Notes: a model not told the origin generated them from the letters alone. DNA of 64,000 bases from a bacterium (GCA_026705465.1 JAPPAP010000023.1:22036-86035); one strand, 5' to 3'; shown: positions 46,070 through 55,797, numbered from the stretch's first letter. Numbers and translations are program-made.

Positions 46070-47277
46070 ATCCTGACATGCTTGAAGCCCTCCAAGCCCT
46101 GGCCGCAGACAAGGGAATTTCGGTAGATGCCCTGTTGGCGGCCCTGGCCGATGCCCTCGAATCGGCCTACAAGCGAATGCCAGACAGCGAGGAATATGCC
46201 TGGGTGACCATCAACCCTGAGACGGCCGATATCCAGGTATTCGCGCAAAAGCTGGATGAGGACGGTGAGCCCGTCGGAGAGCCATTCGACGTGACTCCCG
46301 ATGGATTCGGCCGCATTGCTGCGCAGACGGCCAAGCAGGTCATGATGCAGCGCATCCGCGAGGTGGAGCGCGAGCTCAAGTACGAGGAATACGCCGGCCG
46401 TGAGGGCGACATCGTCACCGGCATCATTCAGCAGAATGATGCCCGCTACACCTTGTTGGACTTGGGCCGAGTGGAGGCTCTCTTACCCCAGGCTGAGCAG
46501 GTGCCCTTTGAGCGCCCTGATGCCAACAGCCGTCTCAAGGCCTACATCGTGGAAGTTCGAAAGACGGCAAAGGGCCCGCAAATCGTGGTCAGCCGCACTC
46601 ATCCCGGTCTGATCAAGCGCCTGTTTGAGTTGGAAGTGCCCGAAATCGCCGATGGGGTGGTGGAGATCAGAGCGTGTGCCCGGGAGCCGGGCCATCGCAC
46701 CAAGATCGCAGTGTCGTCCAACGACACCAACGTCGACCCCGTAGGAGCCTGTGTGGGCGCCCGTGGGGCCCGGGTTCGCATGGTGGTCAACGAGCTGCGG
46801 GGGGAGAAGATCGACATCGTCCCCTTTGCCGATGATCCGGCTGACTTCGTGGCCAAGGCGCTGTCCCCGGCCAAGATAAAGGAGGTCAGCATCGACGAGG
46901 AGTCCGGGGTGGCCGAGGTGGTCGTGCCCGATTATCAGCTCTCCTTGGCCATCGGTAAAGAAGGCCAGAATGCCCGGCTCTCTGCTCGGTTAACGGGGTG
47001 GCGAATCGACATAAAGAGCGAGAGCCAGCTCGCCCAGGAAGCTGCTTATGAGGAGATGGATTGGGCCGAGGGAGAATGGGTGGTGGACGAGGCGACCGGC
47101 GAGCAGGTATGGCGGCCAGCCGAAGGAGGCCCAGCGCTGTCGGCTGAAGAGTGGGCTGCCGAAGGAAGTGAGGACACCCCTTCTGAGGAGTGGGCTGCCG
47201 AAGGAAGTGAGAACGTTCCCATCGAAGAGGTGGAGGAAGCTGCGGAGAGCAGTCCTTCCCCTAGCGCTTCGGATTGA
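46066..47277 (+). CDS. nusA: transcription termination/antitermination factor NusA
   Basis: 'GDIVTGIIQ' S1 domain, 'RTHPGLIKRLFELEVPEI', KH 'DPVGACVGARGARV' and 'LAIGKEGQNARL'. ATGA overlap with rimP. Confidence 0.95.
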   Translation: MNPDMLEALQALAADKGISVDALLAALADALESAYKRMPDSEEYAWVTINPETADIQVFAQKLDEDGEPVGEPFDVTPDGFGRIAAQTAKQVMMQRIREVERELKYEEYAGREGDIVTGIIQQNDARYTLLDLGRVEALLPQAEQVPFERPDANSRLKAYIVEVRKTAKGPQIVVSRTHPGLIKRLFELEVPEIADGVVEIRACAREPGHRTKIAVSSNDTNVDPVGACVGARGARVRMVVNELRGEKIDIVPFADDPADFVAKALSPAKIKEVSIDEESGVAEVVVPDYQLSLAIGKEGQNARLSARLTGWRIDIKSESQLAQEAAYEEMDWAEGEWVVDEATGEQVWRPAEGGPALSAEEWAAEGSEDTPSEEWAAEGSENVPIEEVEEAAESSPSPSASD

Positions 47278-47366
47278 CTTCGAAATCTGAAGCGCGGGCG
47301 TGAGACAATAAATTCCCGACCCAGATGGGTCGGCCGCGCACTGCGGACAGACTAAGAAAGAGCTTT

Positions 47367-50075
47367 TTGCCAGCAAAAATTCGGGTCTACGAGCTTGCCC
47401 GCGAGCTCGGCCTCACGAACAAGGAAACGCTTGACCTCTGCGTGACATTGGGGATCGGCGTCAACAGCCACTCCTCAAGCATCGTGGATGCCCAGGCGGA
47501 TCGCGTCCGCCGACGTGCGCATCGTGACGGCCTGGTTCGACCCCCCGAACCCGAGCCCGAGCCCGAACCGGAGCCGGAGCCCGAACCGGAGCCGGAGCCC
47601 GAACCGGAACCCGAGCCCGAACCGGAACCCGAGCCCGAACCGGAGCCGGGACCCGAGCTTGCTGAGCCCGAGCCCGAATTAGCTGAGCCTGAAACCGAGC
47701 CCGAGCCGCCCAAGCCGACGAGGGTGGTTACCTCCAGTGGGGGAGTGCCCCCCCGCTCTCGTCCAGCGGAACCGTCGGTCGAGCCTCCTCCCGATGTTTC
47801 GCCAGCAACGCCGCGATCGGTGCCGAGACCAGTGTCCGAACCGCCGGCTGCTCAACCAGCCGCCTCCGCTCGAACGAGCCCCCCGCTCTCGCGTTCGGGC
47901 AAGCCGATTCCGCCGCCCCCCGGCCGCCCTCCGACATCTTCTTCGGGCAAGCCGATTCCGCCACCCCCCGGCCGGGGTGGGCGGGGTCCGGCACCGAGCC
48001 CCCGAAGAGGTCCTCGTGGCCCGATGCGTCCGTCGGTCGGCACCCAGGGACCAGGGGCCGGTTCCCCTGGGCGGTCTCCCGCCCCTCTAGCAGCCCGTGG
48101 CCCTGCTGGAGCGCTCGGTGCGCCCCCCAGCGGAACGGGGGCTCCAGGCGGCCCAGGTGGCCGAGGCCGCGGCGGTCCCCAGCGTCCTCAGCAGAGGCGG
48201 CGCAAGAGTCGGCGGCGTCGGCGGGTGGCCGAAGATCTCCAACCGATGAACATCCCCGACTACACCCCAACGGATGCGGCTGCGCCCACCGGTGTGGTGG
48301 TGGTCGAGCGAGCCTCGACTCCGTTGGATGTGGGGCCGAAGTTGAATCAGACGGCTGCTGATGTGGTCCGCTTCTTGATGCAGCAGGGAGAGATGGTCAC
48401 TGCCACCCAATCGCTGACCGACGACATGATTGAACTCTTTGCCGCCGAGGTCGGCGCTGAGGTTCGACTGGTTGACCCCGGCGAAGAGCAGGAGAACGAG
48501 CTGCTCAAGCTGCTTGAGGCCGACATCGAAGACGATGAGCACCAAGATGAGTACCCGATTCGATCTCCGGTGATCACCGTTATGGGCCACGTGGACCACG
48601 GCAAGACCAAGCTCCTCGACCAGATTCGCAATGCCAACGTGGCCGAAGGCGAAGCCGGTGGTATCACCCAGCACATCGGCGCTTACCAGGTGGAGAAGGA
48701 CGGGCGAACGCTGACCTTCATCGACACACCAGGCCACGCGGCGTTCACCGCAATGCGGGCCCGAGGTGCCGATGCCACCGACATCGTGGTTCTGGTGGTA
48801 GCAGCCGACGACGGGGTAATGCCCCAGACCTTGGAGGCGATCAACCACGCTCGGGCTGCCGATGTTCCTATCGTGGTGGCTGTCAACAAAATCGACCGGA
48901 ACAATGCCGATCCCAATCGGACCATGCAGCAGCTCTCTGAGCATGAATTGGTGCCCGAGCAGTGGGGAGGCGACACCATCGTGGTTGAGATCTCCGCCCT
49001 TCAGAACATGGGGATCGACGACCTGCTCGAACAGTTGGCCGTCGTAGCCGAGGTGGAGGATCTGCGGGCCAATCCGGAAGGCCGGGCCCGAGGTGTGGTC
49101 TTGGAGTCCAATCTGGACATCGGCCGGGGTCCGGTGGCCACGTTGCTGGTCCAGCACGGAACGTTGAGGCGGGGTGATCCGGTGGTTGCCGGCGCCTCGT
49201 GGGGCCGGGCCAGGGCTCTGCTCGACGACCGCGGCAACCAGATTCAAGAGGCTCACCCGTCAAAGCCGGTGCAGGTGCTCGGTCTTTCCGACGTGGCCAA
49301 CGCCGGTGATTCCTTTGTGGTAGCTCCCAATGAGAAGGTGGCGGCCAAGGTCGCCCAGACACGCGAGCACTCCCAGCGCATTGCCAGCTTGGGTCGGGAT
49401 GCCGCGGCCACTGCCGGTGGAGCTCGCTTGGAGGACATCTTCAGCCAGATCCAGGCCGGTGAGACGGCGACGCTGAACCTCATCGTGAAAGCCGATGTGA
49501 ATGGATCGCTGGAAGCGGTGGTGGACAGCCTCCAGCGCCTCGGCCGCGACGAAGTGAAGCTGGCCTTTGTCCACCGCAGTGTGGGTGGAGTAACCGCCAA
49601 TGACATTCAACTGGCTGCCGCGTCCAACGCCACCATCATCGGCTTCAACGTGCGACCTGATCGCAAGGCCAGAGAGCTGGCCGATTTGGAGAAGGTGGAG
49701 ATCCGCACGTACGAGATCATCTACAACCTGATCGAGGACGTGGAAAACGCCATGGTCGGGATGCTGGCACCGGAGTTCGAAGAGGTCGTCACCGGTGACG
49801 CCGAAGTGCGAGAAGTGTTCCGGATTCCCCGGGTGGGTGCGGTGGCTGGTTGCTACGTGCTCAACGGAGCCATCACCCGAGGTTCCAAAGTCCGGTTCTT
49901 GCGAGAAGGTGCGGTCATCTGGCGGGGCACGGTGTCCTCTCTCAAGCGTTTCAAGGATGACGTGCGCGAAGTGCAGTCGGGATACGAGTGCGGTATCGGC
50001 CTGTCCGACTTCCAAGACCTCAAGCAGGGTGACGTCATCGAGACGTTCGAGGAGCGGGAAGTCGCCCGGGTCTGA
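47367..50075 (+). CDS. infB: translation initiation factor IF-2
   Basis: '[14 protein letters not shown]', G-domain '[14 protein letters not shown]', 'DTPGHAAF', 'NKID'. TTG 47367 (AAGAAAGAG upstream) is preferred over ATG 47325, which sits in the loop and 3' arm of a hairpin. Confidence 0.95.
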   Translation: MPAKIRVYELARELGLTNKETLDLCVTLGIGVNSHSSSIVDAQADRVRRRAHRDGLVRPPEPEPEPEPEPEPEPEPEPEPEPEPEPEPEPEPEPGPELAEPEPELAEPETEPEPPKPTRVVTSSGGVPPRSRPAEPSVEPPPDVSPATPRSVPRPVSEPPAAQPAASARTSPPLSRSGKPIPPPPGRPPTSSSGKPIPPPPGRGGRGPAPSPRRGPRGPMRPSVGTQGPGAGSPGRSPAPLAARGPAGALGAPPSGTGAPGGPGGRGRGGPQRPQQRRRKSRRRRRVAEDLQPMNIPDYTPTDAAAPTGVVVVERASTPLDVGPKLNQTAADVVRFLMQQGEMVTATQSLTDDMIELFAAEVGAEVRLVDPGEEQENELLKLLEADIEDDEHQDEYPIRSPVITVMGHVDHGKTKLLDQIRNANVAEGEAGGITQHIGAYQVEKDGRTLTFIDTPGHAAFTAMRARGADATDIVVLVVAADDGVMPQTLEAINHARAADVPIVVAVNKIDRNNADPNRTMQQLSEHELVPEQWGGDTIVVEISALQNMGIDDLLEQLAVVAEVEDLRANPEGRARGVVLESNLDIGRGPVATLLVQHGTLRRGDPVVAGASWGRARALLDDRGNQIQEAHPSKPVQVLGLSDVANAGDSFVVAPNEKVAAKVAQTREHSQRIASLGRDAAATAGGARLEDIFSQIQAGETATLNLIVKADVNGSLEAVVDSLQRLGRDEVKLAFVHRSVGGVTANDIQLAAASNATIIGFNVRPDRKARELADLEKVEIRTYEIIYNLIEDVENAMVGMLAPEFEEVVTGDAEVREVFRIPRVGAVAGCYVLNGAITRGSKVRFLREGAVIWRGTVSSLKRFKDDVREVQSGYECGIGLSDFQDLKQGDVIETFEEREVARV
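47541..47710. repeat. (CCN-GAR)n hexanucleotide array encoding a Pro-Glu dipeptide repeat in the IF-2 linker
   Basis: About 20 consecutive PE dipeptides followed by '[21 protein letters not shown]'. The codons alternate between ccc/ccg and gaa/gag. Confidence 0.9.
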
Positions 50076-50098
50076 CAGCACAGGGGGTCAGCAGACCG

Positions 50099-50392
50099 AT
50101 GCACGTCCTTGCCGTGGTCTACGACTTGCACATACCGGGCTGTCGTTCGCTGAAGGAGCGGCGTTCAGTGCTGCGCCCTGTCTTGTCAGGCGTAACCCGG
50201 CGATTCGGCGTCTCGGTAGCAGAGACCGGACACAACGACCTTTGGCAGAGGGCCGAGGTGGGTGTGGCGGTTGTGTCGGGACAGCCCAGCCAATGCCGGA
50301 CGCTAGCTGACGAATTGGATCGCTATATGTGGTCGATTCCCGAGATCGAAGTGGTGAGTTCCTCCTCCCACTGGCTGAACACAGACGAATAG
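50099..50392 (+). CDS. DUF503 (YlxP-like) protein
   Basis: 'LHIPGCRSLKERRSVLRPV', and its position between infB and rbfA. Confidence 0.75.
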   Translation: MHVLAVVYDLHIPGCRSLKERRSVLRPVLSGVTRRFGVSVAETGHNDLWQRAEVGVAVVSGQPSQCRTLADELDRYMWSIPEIEVVSSSSHWLNTDE

Positions 50393-50394
50393 CC

Positions 50395-50769
50395 GTGGCC
50401 CGCAATCGACCATCGCGCCCCTCCCGCTATTCCCGGTCAGCCCGGCTCGGCGAGCTGCTGCGAGAAATCGTGGCGTCCGAGTTGGCCCACTTGGACGACG
50501 ACCGCTTGGAGCTGGCCAGCGTCACCGGTGTGGAAACCAGCGCCGAGTTGAGCCGGGCAACCGTGTACATCAGCGCTCTGGACGATGAGGCAGCTTCTGC
50601 GGCCTTGGAAGCCCTGGAGGAGCACCGCCTCCAGCTCAAGCAGGCAGTAGCACGATCTGCCGCGGTGCGGAGGGTTCCCGACCTTTGGTTCGCCCTCGAC
50701 CCGTCCATTTCCGCAGGTGAACGAGTCGATCGGATCTTGCGCGACCTAGCCGACGAGGCTGAAGAGTGA
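50395..50769 (+). CDS. rbfA: ribosome-binding factor A
   Basis: 'RLGELLREIVASEL', 'LASVTGVETSAELSRATVYIS', 'RRVPDLWFALD'. GTG 50395 lies just after the DUF503 TAG. Confidence 0.85.
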   Translation: MARNRPSRPSRYSRSARLGELLREIVASELAHLDDDRLELASVTGVETSAELSRATVYISALDDEAASAALEALEEHRLQLKQAVARSAAVRRVPDLWFALDPSISAGERVDRILRDLADEAEE

Positions 50770-51647
50770 GCGAAAGCGAGGGGGGCACGGTCGACGGACT
50801 AGCCATTATCGACAAGGAGGCTGGCTGGACCTCCCACGATGTAGTGGCCAAGGCCCGGGGAGTCTTCGGAACCCGCAAGGTGGGACACGCGGGCACGCTG
50901 GACCCCGACGCCACCGGGGTGCTGCTACTGGGGGTGGGCCGAGCCACCCGGCTTCTGCGGTTTCTCACCCCGCTGAGGAAGAGGTACGTAGGTCAGTTGG
51001 TCTTGGGCGCGGAAACCACCACACTGGATGCGGCTGGTGAGGTCACCGCCGTCTACGACATGTCCGAAGTGACCCCCGAGCAGGTTGCCGAAGCCGCATC
51101 AACCTTTGTTGGCGACATCTTGCAGGTTCCCCCCATGGTGTCGGCGGTGAAGGTCGGGGGACGTCGGTTGCACGAATTGGCCCGCGAAGGAGTCGAGGTC
51201 GAGCGGGAAGCCCGGCCGGTGACCGTCCATGAGCTGGCGGTTACCCCAGTTGACGGGGACGCCGGGGTGTACCGGATTGACGTCAGCTGCTCCTCGGGGA
51301 CATACATACGCTCACTGGCTGCTGACATCGGCTCAGCCTTGGGTGGAGGTGGGCATCTGCGAGCGCTACGACGCATGTCCATCGGCTCGTTCGCAATCAA
51401 CGATGCCCGGCCGGTCAGCGCCCCATCGCTGCTTTCGATGGCCGAGGCCCTGCGGGACTATCCCTCGGTGTGGATCGATGAAGCCCTGGGCCAAAAGGTG
51501 GGGAGCGGACAGGTGCTGTCAATCGACGAATTGGCAGTGGAGGGAGAAGGTCCGTGGGCCGTGCTCGGCCCGCAAGGCGACCTTTTGGCCGTCTATGAGA
51601 CCCATCTCCCTGGCGTGGTCAAACCGGCGGTGGTCATCCCCCAGTGA
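50766..51647 (+). CDS. truB: tRNA pseudouridine(55) synthase
   Basis: 'IIDKEAGWTSHDVV', 'KVGHAGTLDPDATGVL', 'QVPPMVSAVKVGG'. Confidence 0.9.
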   Translation: MSESEGGTVDGLAIIDKEAGWTSHDVVAKARGVFGTRKVGHAGTLDPDATGVLLLGVGRATRLLRFLTPLRKRYVGQLVLGAETTTLDAAGEVTAVYDMSEVTPEQVAEAASTFVGDILQVPPMVSAVKVGGRRLHELAREGVEVEREARPVTVHELAVTPVDGDAGVYRIDVSCSSGTYIRSLAADIGSALGGGGHLRALRRMSIGSFAINDARPVSAPSLLSMAEALRDYPSVWIDEALGQKVGSGQVLSIDELAVEGEGPWAVLGPQGDLLAVYETHLPGVVKPAVVIPQ

Positions 51648-51719
51648 GAACTGGTCCCCTCGCCATTGCCGCGACCGGGATTGTCCACTTCGAGGCTTCG
51701 CCCGCTACCGTGCAGAGCG

Positions 51720-52673
51720 GTGCAGGTCATCGAAGACTTTGGCCGCTTCGAAGGCATTGAGGAGACCGCAGCCAGTATCGGGGTGTACGACGGTGTCCAT
51801 GTCGGACATCAGGCGGTGATCAATCAGCTTCTGTCTGAAGCGGAACGGCTGGGTGTGGCTCCCGCCGTGGTTACATTCGACCGACATCCCGCGCTGGTCT
51901 TGCGGCCAGAGAACGCTCCCAAGCTGCTGAACTCCCTCGATCAGAAGCTGGAGCTGCTTGAAGCGGCTGGCATCGAATACGTGTACTTGATTGAGTTCTC
52001 TCCCGACCGAGCTCACACCATGCCCGAGGAATTCGTGCGCCAGGTATTTGTGAAGAGACTGAGGGTGCGGAGCGTCGTGGTGGGGGAGGACTTCCACTTC
52101 GGGCGGGCGCGTCTGGGAAACATCGACACGCTGCGGAAATTCGGTATGGAGATGGGATTCGAAGTTCAGGCGGTGAAGCTCCTTCATCACGATGAGAAAT
52201 GGCCCGAACCCGTGTCATCAACTGCCGTGCGCCGCGCCCTGGCTGGCGGGGATGTCCGCACCGCAGCGGCCATGCTGGGTCGATATCACGAAATCAGGGG
52301 CAAGGTGGTGTTGGGCGATCGGCGGGGGATGACCATTGGGTTTCCCACCGCCAACATCCCGGTTTCCATGGTGATGGCGTGGCCTGCTGATGCGGTTTAC
52401 GCCGGCTGGTACACCCGACCTGACGGATCCCGGTACATGGCAGCCATCAACATCGGTCGGCGCCCCACGTTCTATGAGCACGCCCAGCAGTCACTGTTGG
52501 AGGCGCATCTCCTGGATTTCGAGGGCGACTTGTACGGCGAAGAGGCCAGGGTGGAGTTTGTGGAGCTCCTGCGAAGCGAGCATCGTTTTGACGGCATCGA
52601 ATCCCTGGTGAAACAGCTCCGCGTCGATGTCGCCCTCTCTCGCGAGATCCTGAGCGCGGAGCCAACCCGCTAG
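51720..52673 (+). CDS. ribF: bifunctional riboflavin kinase / FAD synthetase
   Basis: 'IGVYDGVHVGHQ', 'GEDFHFG', 'GFPTANI', 'LEAHLLDFEGDLYG'. Start uncertain (GTG 51720 versus the track start at 51666). Confidence 0.85.
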   Translation: MQVIEDFGRFEGIEETAASIGVYDGVHVGHQAVINQLLSEAERLGVAPAVVTFDRHPALVLRPENAPKLLNSLDQKLELLEAAGIEYVYLIEFSPDRAHTMPEEFVRQVFVKRLRVRSVVVGEDFHFGRARLGNIDTLRKFGMEMGFEVQAVKLLHHDEKWPEPVSSTAVRRALAGGDVRTAAAMLGRYHEIRGKVVLGDRRGMTIGFPTANIPVSMVMAWPADAVYAGWYTRPDGSRYMAAINIGRRPTFYEHAQQSLLEAHLLDFEGDLYGEEARVEFVELLRSEHRFDGIESLVKQLRVDVALSREILSAEPTR

Positions 52674-52682
52674 TCAGCAGGC

Positions 52683-53792
52683 ATGGATCTAGCCCTGTTC
52701 TCTGAGATCCCGGTGCCTCGACCCTGGCATCACAACAGCGAACAGCTTCGATATCAAGAGCTGATCCAGCAGGCCGTCCTGGCCGACCAGCTCGGATATC
52801 ACAGCTTCTGGACGGTCGAGCACCACTTCCTCGAGGAAATGTCGCACAGTTCCAATCCCGAGGTGCTCTACGGTGCCGTGGCTGCCCTCACCGAGCAGAT
52901 ACGGCTGGGATATGGCGTGCGGCTCGCCCCCCGTCCCTACAACCACCCGGTTCGCAGCGCCGAGTCGGCGGCCACACTGGACTTGATCAGCGGGGGACGG
53001 GTGGAGTTCGGCACCGGCCGTTCCACCACCCGAGCCGAGCTCGAGGGATTTGGGATCGATCCCCGGGAGACCAGGGCCATGTGGGCCGAAGCGGTGGAGC
53101 GCATCGCAGGGTGTTGGCTGAACGACGAGTATGAGTTCCAAGGCCAGTATTGGTCGATGCCCCGCCGCCGGGTTCTTCCCAAACCGGTGCAAAAGCCCCA
53201 CCCTCCGCTGTGGGCTGCCACCGGCAGCCGCGAAACTCACCAACTGGTGGGGGAGATGGGGATGGGTTTGCTGTCGTTCAGCGCCGGGGTGTCGCTGGAG
53301 GAGTTAGAGCTTCGGATCAACCTGTACCGCGAGGCCGTGGAGGCCTGCCAGAACCCAGTGGGCGGATACGTCAACGACCGGGTGGCCACCTTCGCCATGT
53401 TCCACTGTGCGCCCACCACGGCTGAGGCCTACGAGAACGCCCGGGAGTCCTTCTGGTGGTACCCGACGGTGGCGTTCAAGCTGGTGGGCAGTGTGGCCGA
53501 GATGCTTCAGGAAGAGGGCGCCGAACTCGGCGATTGGAACTATCTCCGGTATCTGCCCGGAATGACTGCAGAAGCCGACTGGGACACCACGTTCAGCATC
53601 GAGGATCTGGTCGAGCAGGGTGTTGCCGTCGCCGGCGACCCCGATCAGTGTATCGAGCTCTGTCAGGGCTTCGCCGACCTCGGGGTCGACCTGCTGCTAT
53701 GCATGATGAACCCTTACGCCATTCCCCACGACAAGGTCATGGAGAGCCTCCGCCTCACCGCCACCCACGTGATGCCCGCCCTCAGCAGCTGA
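52683..53792 (+). CDS. luciferase-like (LLM-class) flavin/F420-dependent oxidoreductase
   Basis: 'LGYHSFWTVEHHF', 'LDLISGGRVEFGTGRS'. Confidence 0.8.
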   Translation: MDLALFSEIPVPRPWHHNSEQLRYQELIQQAVLADQLGYHSFWTVEHHFLEEMSHSSNPEVLYGAVAALTEQIRLGYGVRLAPRPYNHPVRSAESAATLDLISGGRVEFGTGRSTTRAELEGFGIDPRETRAMWAEAVERIAGCWLNDEYEFQGQYWSMPRRRVLPKPVQKPHPPLWAATGSRETHQLVGEMGMGLLSFSAGVSLEELELRINLYREAVEACQNPVGGYVNDRVATFAMFHCAPTTAEAYENARESFWWYPTVAFKLVGSVAEMLQEEGAELGDWNYLRYLPGMTAEADWDTTFSIEDLVEQGVAVAGDPDQCIELCQGFADLGVDLLLCMMNPYAIPHDKVMESLRLTATHVMPALSS

Positions 53793-53842
53793 TTTCCACT
53801 TGCGTGGTAGTTTCAAATCACCTGGATGGATCGGGGGTCGAT

Positions 53843-54337
53843 ATGAATGGATCATTCCAGAGCAAGAACCTGCTGGTTTTTTCTTTTGTCTTGGCGCTAA
53901 TGGGGTTTGGGGCCGGCTTTCTGCTTGTTCCGATGATCATCATGTTGAGTACAGACATGTATGGCCGTCCTGGTTCGGCTCCCTTTGCCATCCTTCTCTC
54001 CATTGTCTGCTTGCTTGTCGTCATGTCTTGGCTGTCAGCGCTCGGTGGCGTCAACGCCGCTACATCTGAAGCCGACAAGATGTCTGCCTACGGGTGGGCA
54101 GCGTCGGTGCTGGTGTTAAATGGGTTGACCTGCGCTTTCATTCTCAACTTGGTTGCGAATGTATGGCACGAACTTGACGATGATGGCGCGGCAAGAGTGG
54201 CAAGGGCTCTGGTTGTCATTGCTTCGGTGCAGTTTTTTGTCGCATTGATCGCCGCAGTGCGTCAGCTGTTCGTCCGCATCCAGCCAGCAACATCTGATGG
54301 ACCAGAGGTATTGGGATCAGAGCTTGATTCTGAGTAG
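53843..54337 (+). CDS. hypothetical membrane protein in a locally low-GC segment
   Basis: Four hydrophobic helices ('LLVFSFVLALMGFGAGFLLVPMIIML', 'FAILLSIVCLLVVMSWLSALGGV', 'WAASVLVLNGLTCAFILNLVA', 'ALVVIASVQFFVALIAAV'). The track ORF from 53456 is an out-of-frame run-in over the LLM gene. Confidence 0.5.
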   Translation: MNGSFQSKNLLVFSFVLALMGFGAGFLLVPMIIMLSTDMYGRPGSAPFAILLSIVCLLVVMSWLSALGGVNAATSEADKMSAYGWAASVLVLNGLTCAFILNLVANVWHELDDDGAARVARALVVIASVQFFVALIAAVRQLFVRIQPATSDGPEVLGSELDSE

Positions 54338-54349
54338 GCCAACACACCA

Positions 54350-55216
54350 CTAGTGGGGGCCGTCAAGCAGGGATTCGACTGCGTCTCTCGTGGGCATGGA
54401 GGGTTGGGCGCCGGGGGTTTGCACCGCGAGGGCGCCGGCGGCGTTGGCGAAGCGGACCGCCTCGATGAGGGGGCGCTCTTCAGCGAGAGCAACGCTCAAG
54501 GCACCGCAGAAGGCATCTCCGGCACCGGTGGGGTCCACTACTTCTGCGGGGTAGGAGGGGACCAAGACATCGTCAATCTGGGCTCCTCGGCCGCCCAAAG
54601 TAACGACTGTGTCGCATTGGCCGGTTTCGGGGCCGATCGCATCGATCTGGGTTTGCTCGGCCCGGTTCACTACCAGGACATCGGTAAGGGGAACGACGGC
54701 CTCTACGAGGAATGGATCAACCGGAGCAGGGTTGAACAACACCGTGGTCCCACCCGACCGTGCCGCCTGGGCCGCCCGTCGGGCCCCGGCCGCTCCCACT
54801 TCCCCTTGCAGCAGCAGCACGTCGGCGGCGGCGATGACTTCGGCAGCTGCCTCAGCGTCGGTGACCCCGGTACTGGCGTTGGCCCCGGCAACGATGACGA
54901 TGGAGACGTCGGCCGGGGTGATGAGGGGTACCGCGGTGCCGGTGGGATCCTCGGCGATGCGAACAAGGCTGGTGTCCACACCGCTGGTGTTGAGCACGTC
55001 CCGCAGCCAGCGGCCCCGGTCGTCGTCGCCCACGCAGCCCACCATGTGCACGTTGGCCCCCAAACGGGCCGCAGCTGTTGCCTGGTTGGCGCCCTTGCCT
55101 CCGGAGAACGCCTCCATTCTTTGGGCCCGCAGGGTTTCGTCGGGGCCAGGCAACCGGTCAAGCCAGATGGACAGGTCGTAGTTGAGGCTTCCGAAGGACA
55201 CAACCTTCATCAGCAC
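54350..55216 (-). CDS. rbsK: ribokinase / PfkB-family sugar kinase
   Basis: 'GSLNYDL', 'GGKGANQA', 'DPTGAGDAFCGAL'. Confidence 0.75.
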   Translation of the reverse strand: MLMKVVSFGSLNYDLSIWLDRLPGPDETLRAQRMEAFSGGKGANQATAAARLGANVHMVGCVGDDDRGRWLRDVLNTSGVDTSLVRIAEDPTGTAVPLITPADVSIVIVAGANASTGVTDAEAAAEVIAAADVLLLQGEVGAAGARRAAQAARSGGTTVLFNPAPVDPFLVEAVVPLTDVLVVNRAEQTQIDAIGPETGQCDTVVTLGGRGAQIDDVLVPSYPAEVVDPTGAGDAFCGALSVALAEERPLIEAVRFANAAGALAVQTPGAQPSMPTRDAVESLLDGPH

Positions 55217-55348
55217 CAGTATCCCTCACAACGCTCAGGTGGGTGTTTTGGTCTTGGGAGTGGTAGCTTTACTGGGTCCCCCGGGCACAAGCACGGCAAG
55301 GAGCCGTGCAGCCGCCCGTTTTCTGACCGACGGACACACTGAGTAGGG

Positions 55349-55618
55349 ATGGCCGAGAAACTAGCGTCCAAGACCGCGACCATCGAGAAGCACCGCCTGC
55401 ATGACACTGATACAGGCTCACCCGAGGTGCAGATCTCTCTGCTAACTGAGCGGATCAACCACCTCACTGAGCACCTAAAAGTGCATGTCAAGGATCACCA
55501 CAGCAGGCGAGGCTTGCTGATGATGGTGGGCCGCCGGCGGCGGCTGCTCGACTACGTCAAGGACAACGATGTGGAGCGCTACCGCGGCATTATTGCCGAA
55601 CTTGGTCTTCGACGCTGA
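55349..55618 (+). CDS. rpsO: 30S ribosomal protein S15
   Basis: '[49 protein letters not shown]'. Confidence 0.95.
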   Translation: MAEKLASKTATIEKHRLHDTDTGSPEVQISLLTERINHLTEHLKVHVKDHHSRRGLLMMVGRRRRLLDYVKDNDVERYRGIIAELGLRR

Positions 55619-55686
55619 GTGGATTGTGCCGCTGAGAAGCGGGTATCGCCCTGGCGATTCATGAAAAATAAATAGGCGGGCCATAC

Positions 55687-55735
55687 GAGAGAGGCCAGCT
55701 GCCAGTTGAAGGGGCCGAGTGATCCTGGGCCTCTC
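55687..55735 (+). promoter_or_regulatory. imperfect long hairpin in the rpsO-pnp intergenic leader (candidate RNase III processing/autoregulation site)
   Basis: gagaggccag (55689-55698) pairs with ctgggcctctc (55725-35) with a 1-nt bulge. An unusual AT-rich 'catgaaaaataaatagg' lies just upstream (55660-55676). Confidence 0.4.
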
Positions 55736-55797
55736 CAACTGGGAACTGGCTCCATTCCGGCCCGCTCGGACCTCGCGTGGTCCGGAGAGGAGCAAAA

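Noticed and set aside
48087-49256. 389-aa minus-strand ORF inside infB; similar long antisense or off-frame ORFs at 56767..58143, 61311..62702, 25049..26023, 26909..28099, 54353..55342 and 63200..63694
   Set aside because: All lie opposite to, or out of frame with, genes that have unmistakable conserved motifs (IF-2, PNPase, RNase J, FtsY, Ffh/S16, ribokinase, FtsK). The composition is Arg/Gly/Pro/His-rich, typical of non-coding frames in GC-rich DNA.
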